DNA of 20,052 nt from Octopus sinensis (lineage: Eukaryota): positions 1 through 20,052 of the forward strand of contig NW_021824089.1 in assembly GCF_006345805.1 (NCBI RefSeq), read 5' to 3'. How positions within the stretch are numbered: the stretch's first letter is position 1; each line of letters starts with the position of its first letter. This document shows, piece after piece, positions 11,549-20,052 of this stretch. The translations under genes and the position numbers were made by a program. Under the pieces are notes generated by a model, which ran no database searches, had not been told where the DNA came from, and was given only the letters and a program-made list of their open reading frames with translations.

Positions 11549-11844
11549 TATATATTATAATATAATATTATATATATATATATATATATATTAATATATA
11601 TATATATGTATGATATTGCAGTCAATTCATCTCTCTTACCTGTTTGTGTCTGCCTTCCAAATGCTGTTTTTACTGAGATCTCCCTTTTTAGTAGAGAATA
11701 GCTATAACCCTTGACTGCTATTTCTAATTCGGTATGGTGGTAATGCAACTCGTTGCTAAACCCTTATTTGCTTAGTATATATATATATTATATATATATT
11801 ATATATATATATATATATACATACATACATATATATATATATAT

Positions 11845-12051
11845 TCAAAATGTGACCTCGTGTGTACCTTGGCGATTTTTTTTCTATGTCTTCCCTTCTC
11901 TGGTCTTTCCTTCTCCTGTGTTTCTGACGAAAGCTCCGCTCGAAACGTTAACCCTCCTTCTTCCCTTCTTTCCTGAGCGTCCAATAATACTATATTTGTT
12001 CCACGTCCTCGCGTTGTTGTGTTTTTTTGTGTTTGCTTGTTTGGATTAACT
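11845..12051 (+). mobile_element. Penelope-like pLTR / retrozyme-type fragment with minimal hammerhead (11920-11953)
   Basis: GTTT-CTGACGA-AAGC-TCC-GCTC-GAAA-CGT-T-AAC followed by TTCCTGAGCGTCCAATAATAC, which parallels TTCCCGAGCGTTAAACTAATAC in the 11380 fragment. Flanked by (TA)n. Confidence 0.6.
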
Positions 12052-12088
12052 GTATATATATGCACACACACACATACACACACATATA

Positions 12089-12428
12089 GGCGCAGGAGTG
12101 GCTATGTGGAAGTAGTTTGCTTACCAACCAAATGGTTCCGGGTTCAGTCACTTGGGCAAGTATCTTCAATTATAGCGTCGAGCCGGCCAAAGCCTTGTAA
12201 GTCAATTTGGTAGATAGAAACTGAAAAAAGCCTGACGTATATATATATCTGTTTGTGTGTCTGTGTTTGTCTACTAACCATCGCTTGACAACCGATGTTA
12301 GTGTGTTTACGTCCCCGTAATTTAGCGGTTCGGCAAAAGAGACCGATAGAATAAGTACTAGGGTTCGATTTGTTCGAAAGTCCATGGCTGAGGTCAAGTG
12401 ACTGAAACGTAAAAGAATAGCATAAAGA

Positions 12429-12430
<2 letters not shown>
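12089..12430 (+). mobile_element. SINE family A, diverged with internal deletions
   Basis: GGCGCAGGAGTGGCTATGTGG...GGTTCAGTC...GACTGAAACGTAAAAGAAT. Confidence 0.85.
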
Positions 12431-12459
<29 letters not shown>

Positions 12460-12764
12460 ATAATAACACACCACACACACACATATATATATATCTATAT
12501 GTATCTATATAAGTATGTGTGTGTGTGTATGTTAGTATGCTTTTGTGTGTGTGTGTGTATTTTTTATTCATTAATATTGTCCCATGCGTGTTTACTCCGT
12601 CCTTTGCAGCGTGATGTCAAAGAAAATGCCTCGATTAATTGAGTGAAACGATAAGAGCCAATTTGCCCTCATCACAGAACAGAATAAATGAAGTGCAAAG
12701 GAAACTAATTTTCTTCTCTTCCTTTAGTTTTTTGTCACGCAATCTAATATTTCAAAATATACAA

Positions 12765-12881
12765 TACACAATACACACACACACACACACACACACCACA
12801 CACACACACACACTATATATATATCTATATATATATAAATAATATATATATATAATTATATAATATATATATATATACACA

Positions 12882-12958
<77 letters not shown>
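12765..12958. repeat. (CA)n/(TA)n microsatellite
   Basis: Direct inspection. Confidence 0.95.
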
Positions 12959-13060
12959 TCGGGGTGAGAGTACTTGATAATTATAAGCACCTGTGTATAC
13001 CGTTTGGTGGTGTAGGTGGTGGAGTAAATTGATCAAATAAAACATGATGCGAAGGATTCA

Positions 13061-13139
13061 GCGGTACATATGTTTCGGGCCGTTTATTAGACAGATTTAT
13101 AACAATGCATAATGTATGTCTGTGGCCTTCTTCAGCCGC
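13061..13139 (-). ncRNA. type I hammerhead ribozyme candidate with complete core
   Basis: Minus strand GCGG-CUGAAGA-A-GGCC...GGCC-C-GAA-ACAUAUGU-A-CCGC: stem I GCGG/CCGC, stem II GGCC/GGCC, palindromic stem III and GUA triplet. Confidence 0.72.
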
Positions 13140-13345
13140 GCACAACAGCTTCCACAAGGACATGTGTTACATCAAAAATTCTTGGTTGGGGATGCAAATC
13201 CTCTCATTCGCGTACGACATAATGCGGCAGCAGCATAGAATTGAAGCGTCCATCTCTTTCTTCTCTCAATGTAGAATGAGGAAATTTGGATGTTGAATGT
13301 AATTATAAATAAATACATATATAGACGTGAAGATGGAGGGGCGAG

Positions 13346-13504
13346 AATATATATACACATATATGTATACATATTATATATATACATATATGTATACATA
13401 TATATACATATGTATATATACATATATATTATACATATATATATACATATATATACATATACATATATATATACATATATATTATATACATATATTATAT
13501 ATAC

Positions 13505-13555
<51 letters not shown>

Positions 13556-13579
13556 ACCACACACACACACACACACACA

Positions 13580-13622
<43 letters not shown>

Positions 13623-13633
13623 ATGCATGCTAT

Positions 13634-13726
<93 letters not shown>

Positions 13727-13750
13727 TACGTATGTATGCTTATGTATATA
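13346..13750. repeat. (TA)n/(CA)n compound microsatellite
   Basis: Direct inspection. Confidence 0.95.
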
Positions 13751-14169
13751 TTGAAGCTGGTTAATAATGGATGCCGGACATACTCGCGCGCGCGCACACA
13801 CATACAGACGCACACATGCTATATCGCACATAAATAAACATACACTTCTTTAAAATCAGATCTGTTGTATAAGTTTCTTGAAGACTGGCCATTCCATAGA
13901 ATATGGCACTGTGTGTCTGTGCTGCTGGACGAAAATGTCACAAACATAAAAGGTTGCATAGAATTCTTTGTAAATGTCATACGGAATTGCTGCTAGAATC
14001 TTGGTTGTTCTGACAATAGAAATTAAATGCGAAAAGCAAATATATACACGAATGAATAATTTATATTTTCTTTGATAAATAAAGATATTATATATATATA
14101 GACATAAACGCAATTTCGTTTTCGGAGGAGCAAGTATTAGCTATGCCGGTTTTTGAATGCAAACCCCAA

Positions 14170-14750
14170 AACACGCACACAACACACACACACACACACA
14201 CACACACAACACACACACACACACAGACACACGCACATTTATATAAAAAATCTTGGTTGTGGCTACACATACATATATACATACATACCTACATACATAC
14301 ATACATACACACATACACACACACACACACACACCACACACACACACACATATATATATATACAATATTTTATATATATTTATACATCATATATACCTAT
14401 ATATAATATTTATACATCATATATATATATTATATATATATATATAATATATATATAATATATATATACATGTATGTATCACTCTCTCTCTCTCTCTATA
14501 TATATACATATATATAAACAAAATAAGCATATTCTTGTAATTTTTTTCAATTAATCACCTTTCCCCCTATTTTGAAATTGTATGGAAACACCGTACTAAA
14601 TTCTGGTGCCTCACTTAAATACCATATTCATCTGAATCTAAAATTTGCTATACACACACAACACATATATATATATATATATATATAATATATATATATA
14701 TATATGTATTTATATAAAATAAATATACATACATGCATAGCATCTATATG

Positions 14751-14806
<56 letters not shown>

Positions 14807-14813
14807 TATAGAT

Positions 14814-14878
<65 letters not shown>
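14170..14878. repeat. (CA)n/(TACA)n/(TA)n/(CT)n microsatellite field with a short unique spacer (~14520-14648)
   Basis: Direct inspection. Confidence 0.9.
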
Positions 14879-14880
<2 letters not shown>

Positions 14881-15291
14881 CGCAGGAGTGGCTGTGTGGT
14901 AAGTAGCTTGCTAACTAACCACATGGTTCCGGGTTCAGTCCCACTGCGTGGCATCTTGGGCAAGTGTCTTCTGCTATAGCCCCGGGCCGACCAATGCCTT
15001 GTGAGTGGATTTGGTAGACGGAAACTGAAAGAAGCCTGTCGTATATATGTATATATATATATATGTATGTGTGTGTTTGTCACCTTAGCATTGCTTGACA
15101 ACCGATGCTGGTGTGTTTACGTCCCCGTCACTTAACGGTTCGGCAAAAGAGACCAATAAATAAGTACTGGGCTTACAAAGAATAAGTCCTGGGGTCGATT
15201 GCTCGACTAAAGGCGGTGCTCCAGCATGGCCACAGTCAAATGACTGAAACAAGTAAAAGAGTAATGACTGAAACAAGTAAAAGAGTAAAGA

Positions 15292-15293
<2 letters not shown>
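14879..15293 (+). mobile_element. SINE family A, young full-length copy in a (TA)n tract with duplicated 3' end
   Basis: A box TGGCTGTGTGG, B box GGTTCAGTCCC; AATGACTGAAACAAGTAAAAGAGT x2 at 15239-15286. Confidence 0.92.
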
Positions 15294-15332
<39 letters not shown>

Positions 15333-15684
15333 TATATAATGTACACATGTACAGATGCATTATATATATGCACATACATGCATATTTACATGTATACATA
15401 TATATGCATATATACATAAACATACATGCATACGCAAACAAACCCCAACCCCATTTATATATATACATGTATATATTATATGTGTGTGTGTGTATATACA
15501 TATGCACATACAGAGACACAGACATGCATTCAAGTCGATTCAATTGTATTGCGAAATGTTATTGCTTTCCATCAATGGTAATTCTTCCATCAGTTCCACT
15601 TTTATTCCAAAGGAGCTTGTATGGCTTATCCCGGCACCATCAACACAGTACCAAGTTCAATACGTCATAATCATTATACATTAT

Positions 15685-15698
15685 GTTGCCATAGAAAC
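15685..15698. promoter_or_regulatory. RFX X-box-like palindrome
   Basis: GTTGCCATAGAAAC fits GTHNYY-AT-RRNAAC and lies in an apparently non-repetitive island. Confidence 0.3.
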
Positions 15699-16109
15699 CT
15701 CGTTTATATCGAGAAGCAAAGTTTAACCCTTAATCGAATCACACGTTAGCGAATCGCTTACTACTAAACCATTTGCATCTTCGAGAAATGCATATTTATA
15801 TTCTGCAGGTCTCAGGGCGAAGGCAGAACCGTCCTTACAAGCAAAACCAGAACATAAGCAAAATCTTTTCACCATAAACTGTGATGCTGCTTGAATCAGT
15901 GAAGAATGCATAGATTTTTGAAAGGTTTCACTGGTTTTATATATGAAAAGGTTAGCAATTTTTAGGACTGAAGCCAAATGGTTGCTAGGGTTTGGGCATA
16001 GCAACTGGTGAAAGAATTGCACCGATCACGTTTAACTTCTCGGTTTGGATTCTTACTCTTTGTGATCCTGTATTACATGGGTTTCATGAAAGGTCAGAAT
16101 AGTGACTGT

Positions 16110-16138
16110 GCACGTACACGCACGCACACACGCACACA

Positions 16139-16199
<61 letters not shown>

Positions 16200-16342
16200 G
16201 CATGCACGCAAGCATGCACGCACGCACACACACAAACACACACATACACACACACACACCACACACACAAACGTGAATGTATTTATATATACTTAATTTC
16301 AATAAATCAGAATTTTATCTTCTATTTTATTTAATATATCTT

Positions 16343-16409
<67 letters not shown>

Positions 16410-16440
16410 GAAGAATAAGAATAAGAATAAGAATAATAAA
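16110..16440. repeat. (CACG)n, (CA)n and (AAGAAT)n microsatellites
   Basis: Direct inspection. Confidence 0.9.
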
Positions 16441-16597
16441 ATCAATTTCACATTGATCTGATGGGTTAGTCCATACTTTTGCAGTGTAGAAATTTATTCT
16501 TGAACAAGAGTAGCATTGATAGTAACTTCGAAGTTTCGAGCAGCTTCGGACTACAAAAAAAGGGTATGATTAGACAAAAAATGGGTGTATTAAATGA

Positions 16598-16738
16598 TAT
16601 TTTCTACTCTAGGCACAAGGCCCGAAATCTTTGTGGTGGGGGCCAGTCGATTAGATCGACCCCAGTACGCAACTGGTACTTAATTTATCAACCCCCGAAA
16701 GGTAAAGTCGACCTCGTCAGAATTTGAACTCAGAATGT
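16598..16738 (-). mobile_element. SINE family B, 5'-truncated
   Basis: Minus strand TTCTGAGTTCAAATTC...GAGGTCGACTTTACCTTTCG...GATAAATTAAGTACCAG...CTGGGGTCGAT...TTGTGCCTAGAGTAGAA. Confidence 0.85.
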
Positions 16739-16860
16739 ATATATATATACATATATATATACACACACACACATATATATATATATATAATATATATTAT
16801 ATTATGTATATATCTATATATGTATATATATCTATGTATGTATATATAGTATGTATGTTG

Positions 16861-16895
<35 letters not shown>

Positions 16896-17119
16896 TGTGA
16901 AATAGAAAGATGAATAATCTTATTGCAGATTAATCAAAAGTTTAATCAAAAGTTTAACCGATACCTTGGTAGCAAAAATCACAGCAGAAGACAGCACGGT
17001 TGGAGGTACAACCATATGGTGTTGCAACCATGCGTTGGTGCGGATAATTGAATTTTAATATTATTAGTGAATTGAAGAAATGGAGTTGAACGAAGATTGA
17101 ACAGAAATCGTTTTTTGCA

Positions 17120-17200
17120 TTCTACACGTGTTTTCGAAAGCCACAATTTACCAAATTCCGATTGAATAAGGAGACCATATTGTGGCTTTCTCTTCAGGAA
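17120..17200 (-). ncRNA. type I hammerhead ribozyme, left-arm copy (extra A in the GAAA core)
   Basis: Minus strand UUC-CUGAAGA-GAAAGCCACAAU...AUUGUGGCUUUC-GAAA-ACACGUGU-A-GAA. Confidence 0.7.
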
Positions 17201-17415
17201 GAAATAGGAAATCCGTTGGCAAAAACAAAAACAGAACAGAGGCGCAGCAAAACAAATCGAACGAGGCTCCTAAGAGCCCATGGCCCAACTGTTTTATCAA
17301 TGTATGTTGAAATCGGGTGGTGGGTGCGTTGAAGATTTTAACAGGTCAGCCTCGTTCGATTTGTTTTGCTGCGCCTCTGTTCTGTTTTTGTTTTTGCTAA
17401 CGGATTTCCTATTTC

Positions 17416-17495
17416 TTCCTGAAGAGAAAGCCACAATATGGTCTCCTTATTCAATCGGAATTTGGTAAATTGTGGCTTTCGAAACACGTGTAGAA
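17416..17495 (+). ncRNA. type I hammerhead ribozyme with canonical core
   Basis: UUC(17416-18), CUGAAGA(17419-25), 12-bp stem II GAAAGCCACAAU/AUUGUGGCUUUC(17426-37/17469-80), GAA, ACACGUGU(17484-91), A(17492), GAA. G10.1-C11.1 pair present; predicted cleavage after GUA at 17492. Confidence 0.85.
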
Positions 17496-17560
17496 TGCAA
17501 TAAAACGATTCTGTTCAATCTTCGTTCAACTCCATTTCTTCAATTCACTAATAATATTAA

Positions 17561-17580
17561 TATATATATATCTATTATAT

Positions 17581-17616
<36 letters not shown>

Positions 17617-17643
17617 GATATATATATATATATATATATGTTG

Positions 17644-17680
<37 letters not shown>

Positions 17681-17869
17681 TGTGTATGTACTATATGTAG
17701 GTATATATAATATAATTATGTATATATATATATGTATGTATATATAGGTATGTATATATATCAATATGTATATATATGTATATATATATAGGTATGTATA
17801 TATATATGTATGTAATAATATATGTATGTGTTGTATATATATTTATATACGTATATATATTTATATACG

Positions 17870-17902
<33 letters not shown>

Positions 17903-17952
17903 TATATATAATATATATATATATATACATATATTTATGTGTGTGTGTGTAT
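17561..17952. repeat. (TA)n-rich compound microsatellite
   Basis: Direct inspection. Confidence 0.95.
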
Positions 17953-18356
17953 AAGTATAATAGTGCAAATGTCGCTGCACTACAATGCCGTATACAATGT
18001 ATATGTCTCCTGTAAAGAGTGCGACGCTTCCTGTCTATGAAACCAGCAAACAATACTCCTGTAATATTTGATATGAAGACAACAGTCTATACAAACAAAT
18101 GAAGAATAGGAGAGACGAAGACGTAATGCAAGCAAAATGGCGACAGAATAGTTGGGGAAGAGACGTCGTTGCTCGTCTGGTTTAGCACGGTGGTGGTGGC
18201 AGTGGTGGAGATTAATCACTGGAGTAACGGTTTAAAGAAAAGGAGATGAATAGGAAAAGAGAATGAAGCACAGTACCACTGCACAGGAGATAGACTAAAG
18301 ACTTCAGTTTTATGTTGTTGCTCATTTGCAACTAGTTTGATTGAGCATGCGCGGAA

Positions 18357-18678
18357 ATTTTATTTCATCTAGTTTCAGCTCACGAGCTGTGGCCATGCTG
18401 GGGCACCGCCATTTGGTGTTGCTACATGATTTTACTTCACGAATGCTTTTTAGCAGTTGCCATTTGGTGCATGAGAGAGTTTGATGCAGCTGCCCTCATC
18501 TGCACCTCCTGCCGCGAAGTTGACAGGAAGAGGTCCAGCTTTATTTTGAAGACACCTAAATCAACCCCATGCAGGTCTCTTAGGTCCCTCGGGAGGATAT
18601 TGAAGAGCTGTGGACCTCTGAAGCCCAGGCTATTGCAGTATCTTGTCCTACATCTTGATGGCAAATTTGGAGTCCTTG
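18357..18678 (-). mobile_element. 5'-truncated LINE (CR1/L2-group-like) ORF2 C-terminus plus 3' UTR
   Basis: ORF 18437..18664 NSLGFRGPQLFNILPRDLRDL...VFKIKLDLFLS resembles the post-RT C-terminal 'L(W/F)NxLP...FKxxLD' motif. The 3' UTR ends GGCGGTGCCCCAGCATGGCCACAGCTCGTGAGCTGAAACTAG. Confidence 0.8.
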
Positions 18679-18724
18679 AAGTATTTTTATAATTAGTTTC
18701 AAATTTTAGTCATTACATCCACCA

Positions 18725-18872
18725 CAGTGCTCAACTGGTACTTATTTTATCGACCCTGAAAGAATGAAAGACAAAGTCGACCCTGGCGGCATGCGAACTC
18801 AGAACATGAAATCGGAAGAAATGCTGCTAAGAATTTCTTTCGACGTGGAAACGATTCTGCCACTTTACCACC
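18725..18872 (-). mobile_element. SINE family B (3' part missing)
   Basis: Minus strand GGTGGTAAAGTGGCAGAATCGTT...TTCTGAGTTCG...GTCGACTTTGTCTTTCATTCTTTC...GATAAAATAAGTACCAG. Confidence 0.8.
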
Positions 18873-18902
18873 TTATGTATGTCTATAATTTAAAGAATGA
18901 TA

Positions 18903-19108
18903 AGGAGGTTTAACTAAGGTGAATCGTTAGCGTATCAGACATAATTCTTACTAGCATGACTTCCGGCTCTTTACCGTCTGAGTTCAAATCCTGTCGGCAC
19001 TAACTTTGTTTCATCCTGTCGGTAAACAATCTGCCGGTTGAGCGCTGGGGTCGATACAATTGGTTTACCCGGTCCGCCAAAGTTTCTTGGCTCTATGCTA
19101 AAATTATT
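18903..19108 (+). mobile_element. SINE family B, diverged
   Basis: GAATCGTTAGC...TCTGAGTTCAAATCC...TTTCATCC...CTGGGGTCGAT. Confidence 0.75.
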
Positions 19109-19256
19109 ACGTTCTGAGTTCAAATTCTGCCGAGATCGGCTTTGCCTTTCATTCCCTTAGGGGTCGATGAAATAAGTAACAATTAAATAATGGGATCCAG
19201 GTAGTCGACTACTCATCTCTCACCAACTTCCAGGCATTGTGCCTATAATGGAAAGG

Positions 19257-19309
<53 letters not shown>
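19109..19309 (+). mobile_element. SINE family B, 5'-truncated, with (ATT)n tail (19257-19309)
   Basis: ACGTTCTGAGTTCAAATTCTGCCGAG...CTTTGCCTTTCATT...GGGGTCGATGAAATAAGTA...TTGTGCCTATAATGGAAAGG(ATT)n. Confidence 0.8.
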
Positions 19310-19311
19310 CC

Positions 19312-19515
19312 AGGTGGCGAGCTGGGCAGGTGAAAATCTTAGATGCATTTCGTCCCTCACGTTCTGCGTTCAAATTCCGCCGAGGTCGACTTTACCTTTC
19401 GTTCTTTCGAGGGGTCGATAAAATAAGTATCAGTTGGGTCCTGGGGGGGGGCGATGTAATCGACTTATCCCTTCTCCCGAAGTTGTTGGCCTCGTACCAA
19501 AGATTGGGACCATTA
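19312..19515 (+). mobile_element. SINE family B
   Basis: GGTGGCGAGCTGG...GTTCAAATTCCGCCGAGGTCGACTTTACCTTTC...GATAAAATAAGTA...GATGTAATCGACTT. Confidence 0.85.
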
Positions 19516-19528
19516 AGCGAAGAACGCC

Positions 19529-19752
19529 AAGGCAGCGAACCGGCAGAATCTCTTGCACGCTGGAGAAAACTCTCAACAGAATTGCATCCAATTTTTTTGT
19601 ATGTTCTGTGTTTAAATTCCAGCAACGTTGATTTGGCCTTCATCCTTTCGGGTTTGATAAAATAAGTACTTGTTGGGCACCGGGGCTATAGTCAACCAGA
19701 TCCCACTCCACTAGGAACATTTTCAAGCCATGTGCCTATAGCAGAAAGGATC
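19529..19752 (+). mobile_element. SINE family B, diverged
   Basis: AAGGCAGCGAACCGGCAGAATC...TTCATCCTTTCGGGTTTGATAAAATAAGTAC...TGTGCCTATAGCAGAAAGGAT. Confidence 0.75.
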
Positions 19753-20052
19753 TTAGAAAAATGTAGTGTTAATTATTCCAAACGAAACTTGGAATAAATT
19801 CTCGTCCGATATTCCCAGAGCATAGCGAATCGTCTGCCAGTGAGTCTCTTTGAATTTTGAATTTTATAAACCGATTTACTATTTGTTCTGTATTATGTTA
19901 CTCATCAAACATACAAAGAAAAAAAAAATTACATTAACTCAACAAAAAAAGAGGAAAAACTCATATATTATATTTACGCAGTTCACAATAGAAATCAATA
20001 AAACAATTAGATTATTAACTGAATCAACATCAGTCTTATTGATAATAATAAT

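Larger units (their letters stand above)
17055..17560. repeat. long inverted repeat: arms 17055-17268 and 17348-17560, 79-nt spacer (probable inverted Penelope-like pLTR pair)
   Basis: Manual alignment: the 214- and 213-bp arms differ by 3 single-base indels and 1 substitution. Confidence 0.95.

Noticed and set aside
14879-14953. tRNA-like sequences with A/B boxes (also in other SINE heads)
   Set aside because: No complete cloverleaf, and each is followed by a SINE body, so they are not tRNA genes.
7436-15101. Recurrent peptide '[13 protein letters not shown]...GYSRRHLP...GTEPGTMW' in several ORFs, resembling a gene family
   Set aside because: It is the antisense translation of the SINE A head, and the frame is broken in other copies.
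15723-16022. 99-aa minus-strand ORF in non-repetitive sequence
   Set aside because: Non-ATG start, no recognisable motif, and no convincing splice sites on that strand.
17055-17560. Reading the inverted repeat as a piggyBac/Kolobok MITE because TTAA bounds both ends
   Set aside because: TTAA is palindromic and simply part of the IR, the inner termini (TATT) do not fit those superfamilies, and the hammerheads favour a retroelement origin.
12752-18053. YI/HT/CV-repeat ORFs
   Set aside because: Artefacts of (TA)n, (CA)n and (CACG)n tracts.

Overview
AT-rich, microsatellite-dense eukaryotic intronic or intergenic DNA. The SINE families and microsatellite load suggest an Octopus (coleoid cephalopod) genome; this is pattern recognition, not a database result. 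I can support no intact host protein-coding gene. Almost all ORFs in the track are microsatellite or SINE artefacts. The window is a mosaic of three or four SINE families (about 15 copies), a pogo/Tigger-like MITE, a non-autonomous Helitron, a Tc1 transposase 3' relic, and a CR1/L2-type LINE 3' end whose tail is shared with the dominant SINE. The most striking structure is a ~98% identical 213/214-bp inverted repeat (17055-17560) with a type I hammerhead ribozyme in each arm, one per strand. Five further hammerhead-like motifs of different sequence lie elsewhere, consistent with Penelope-like or retrozyme-type elements.
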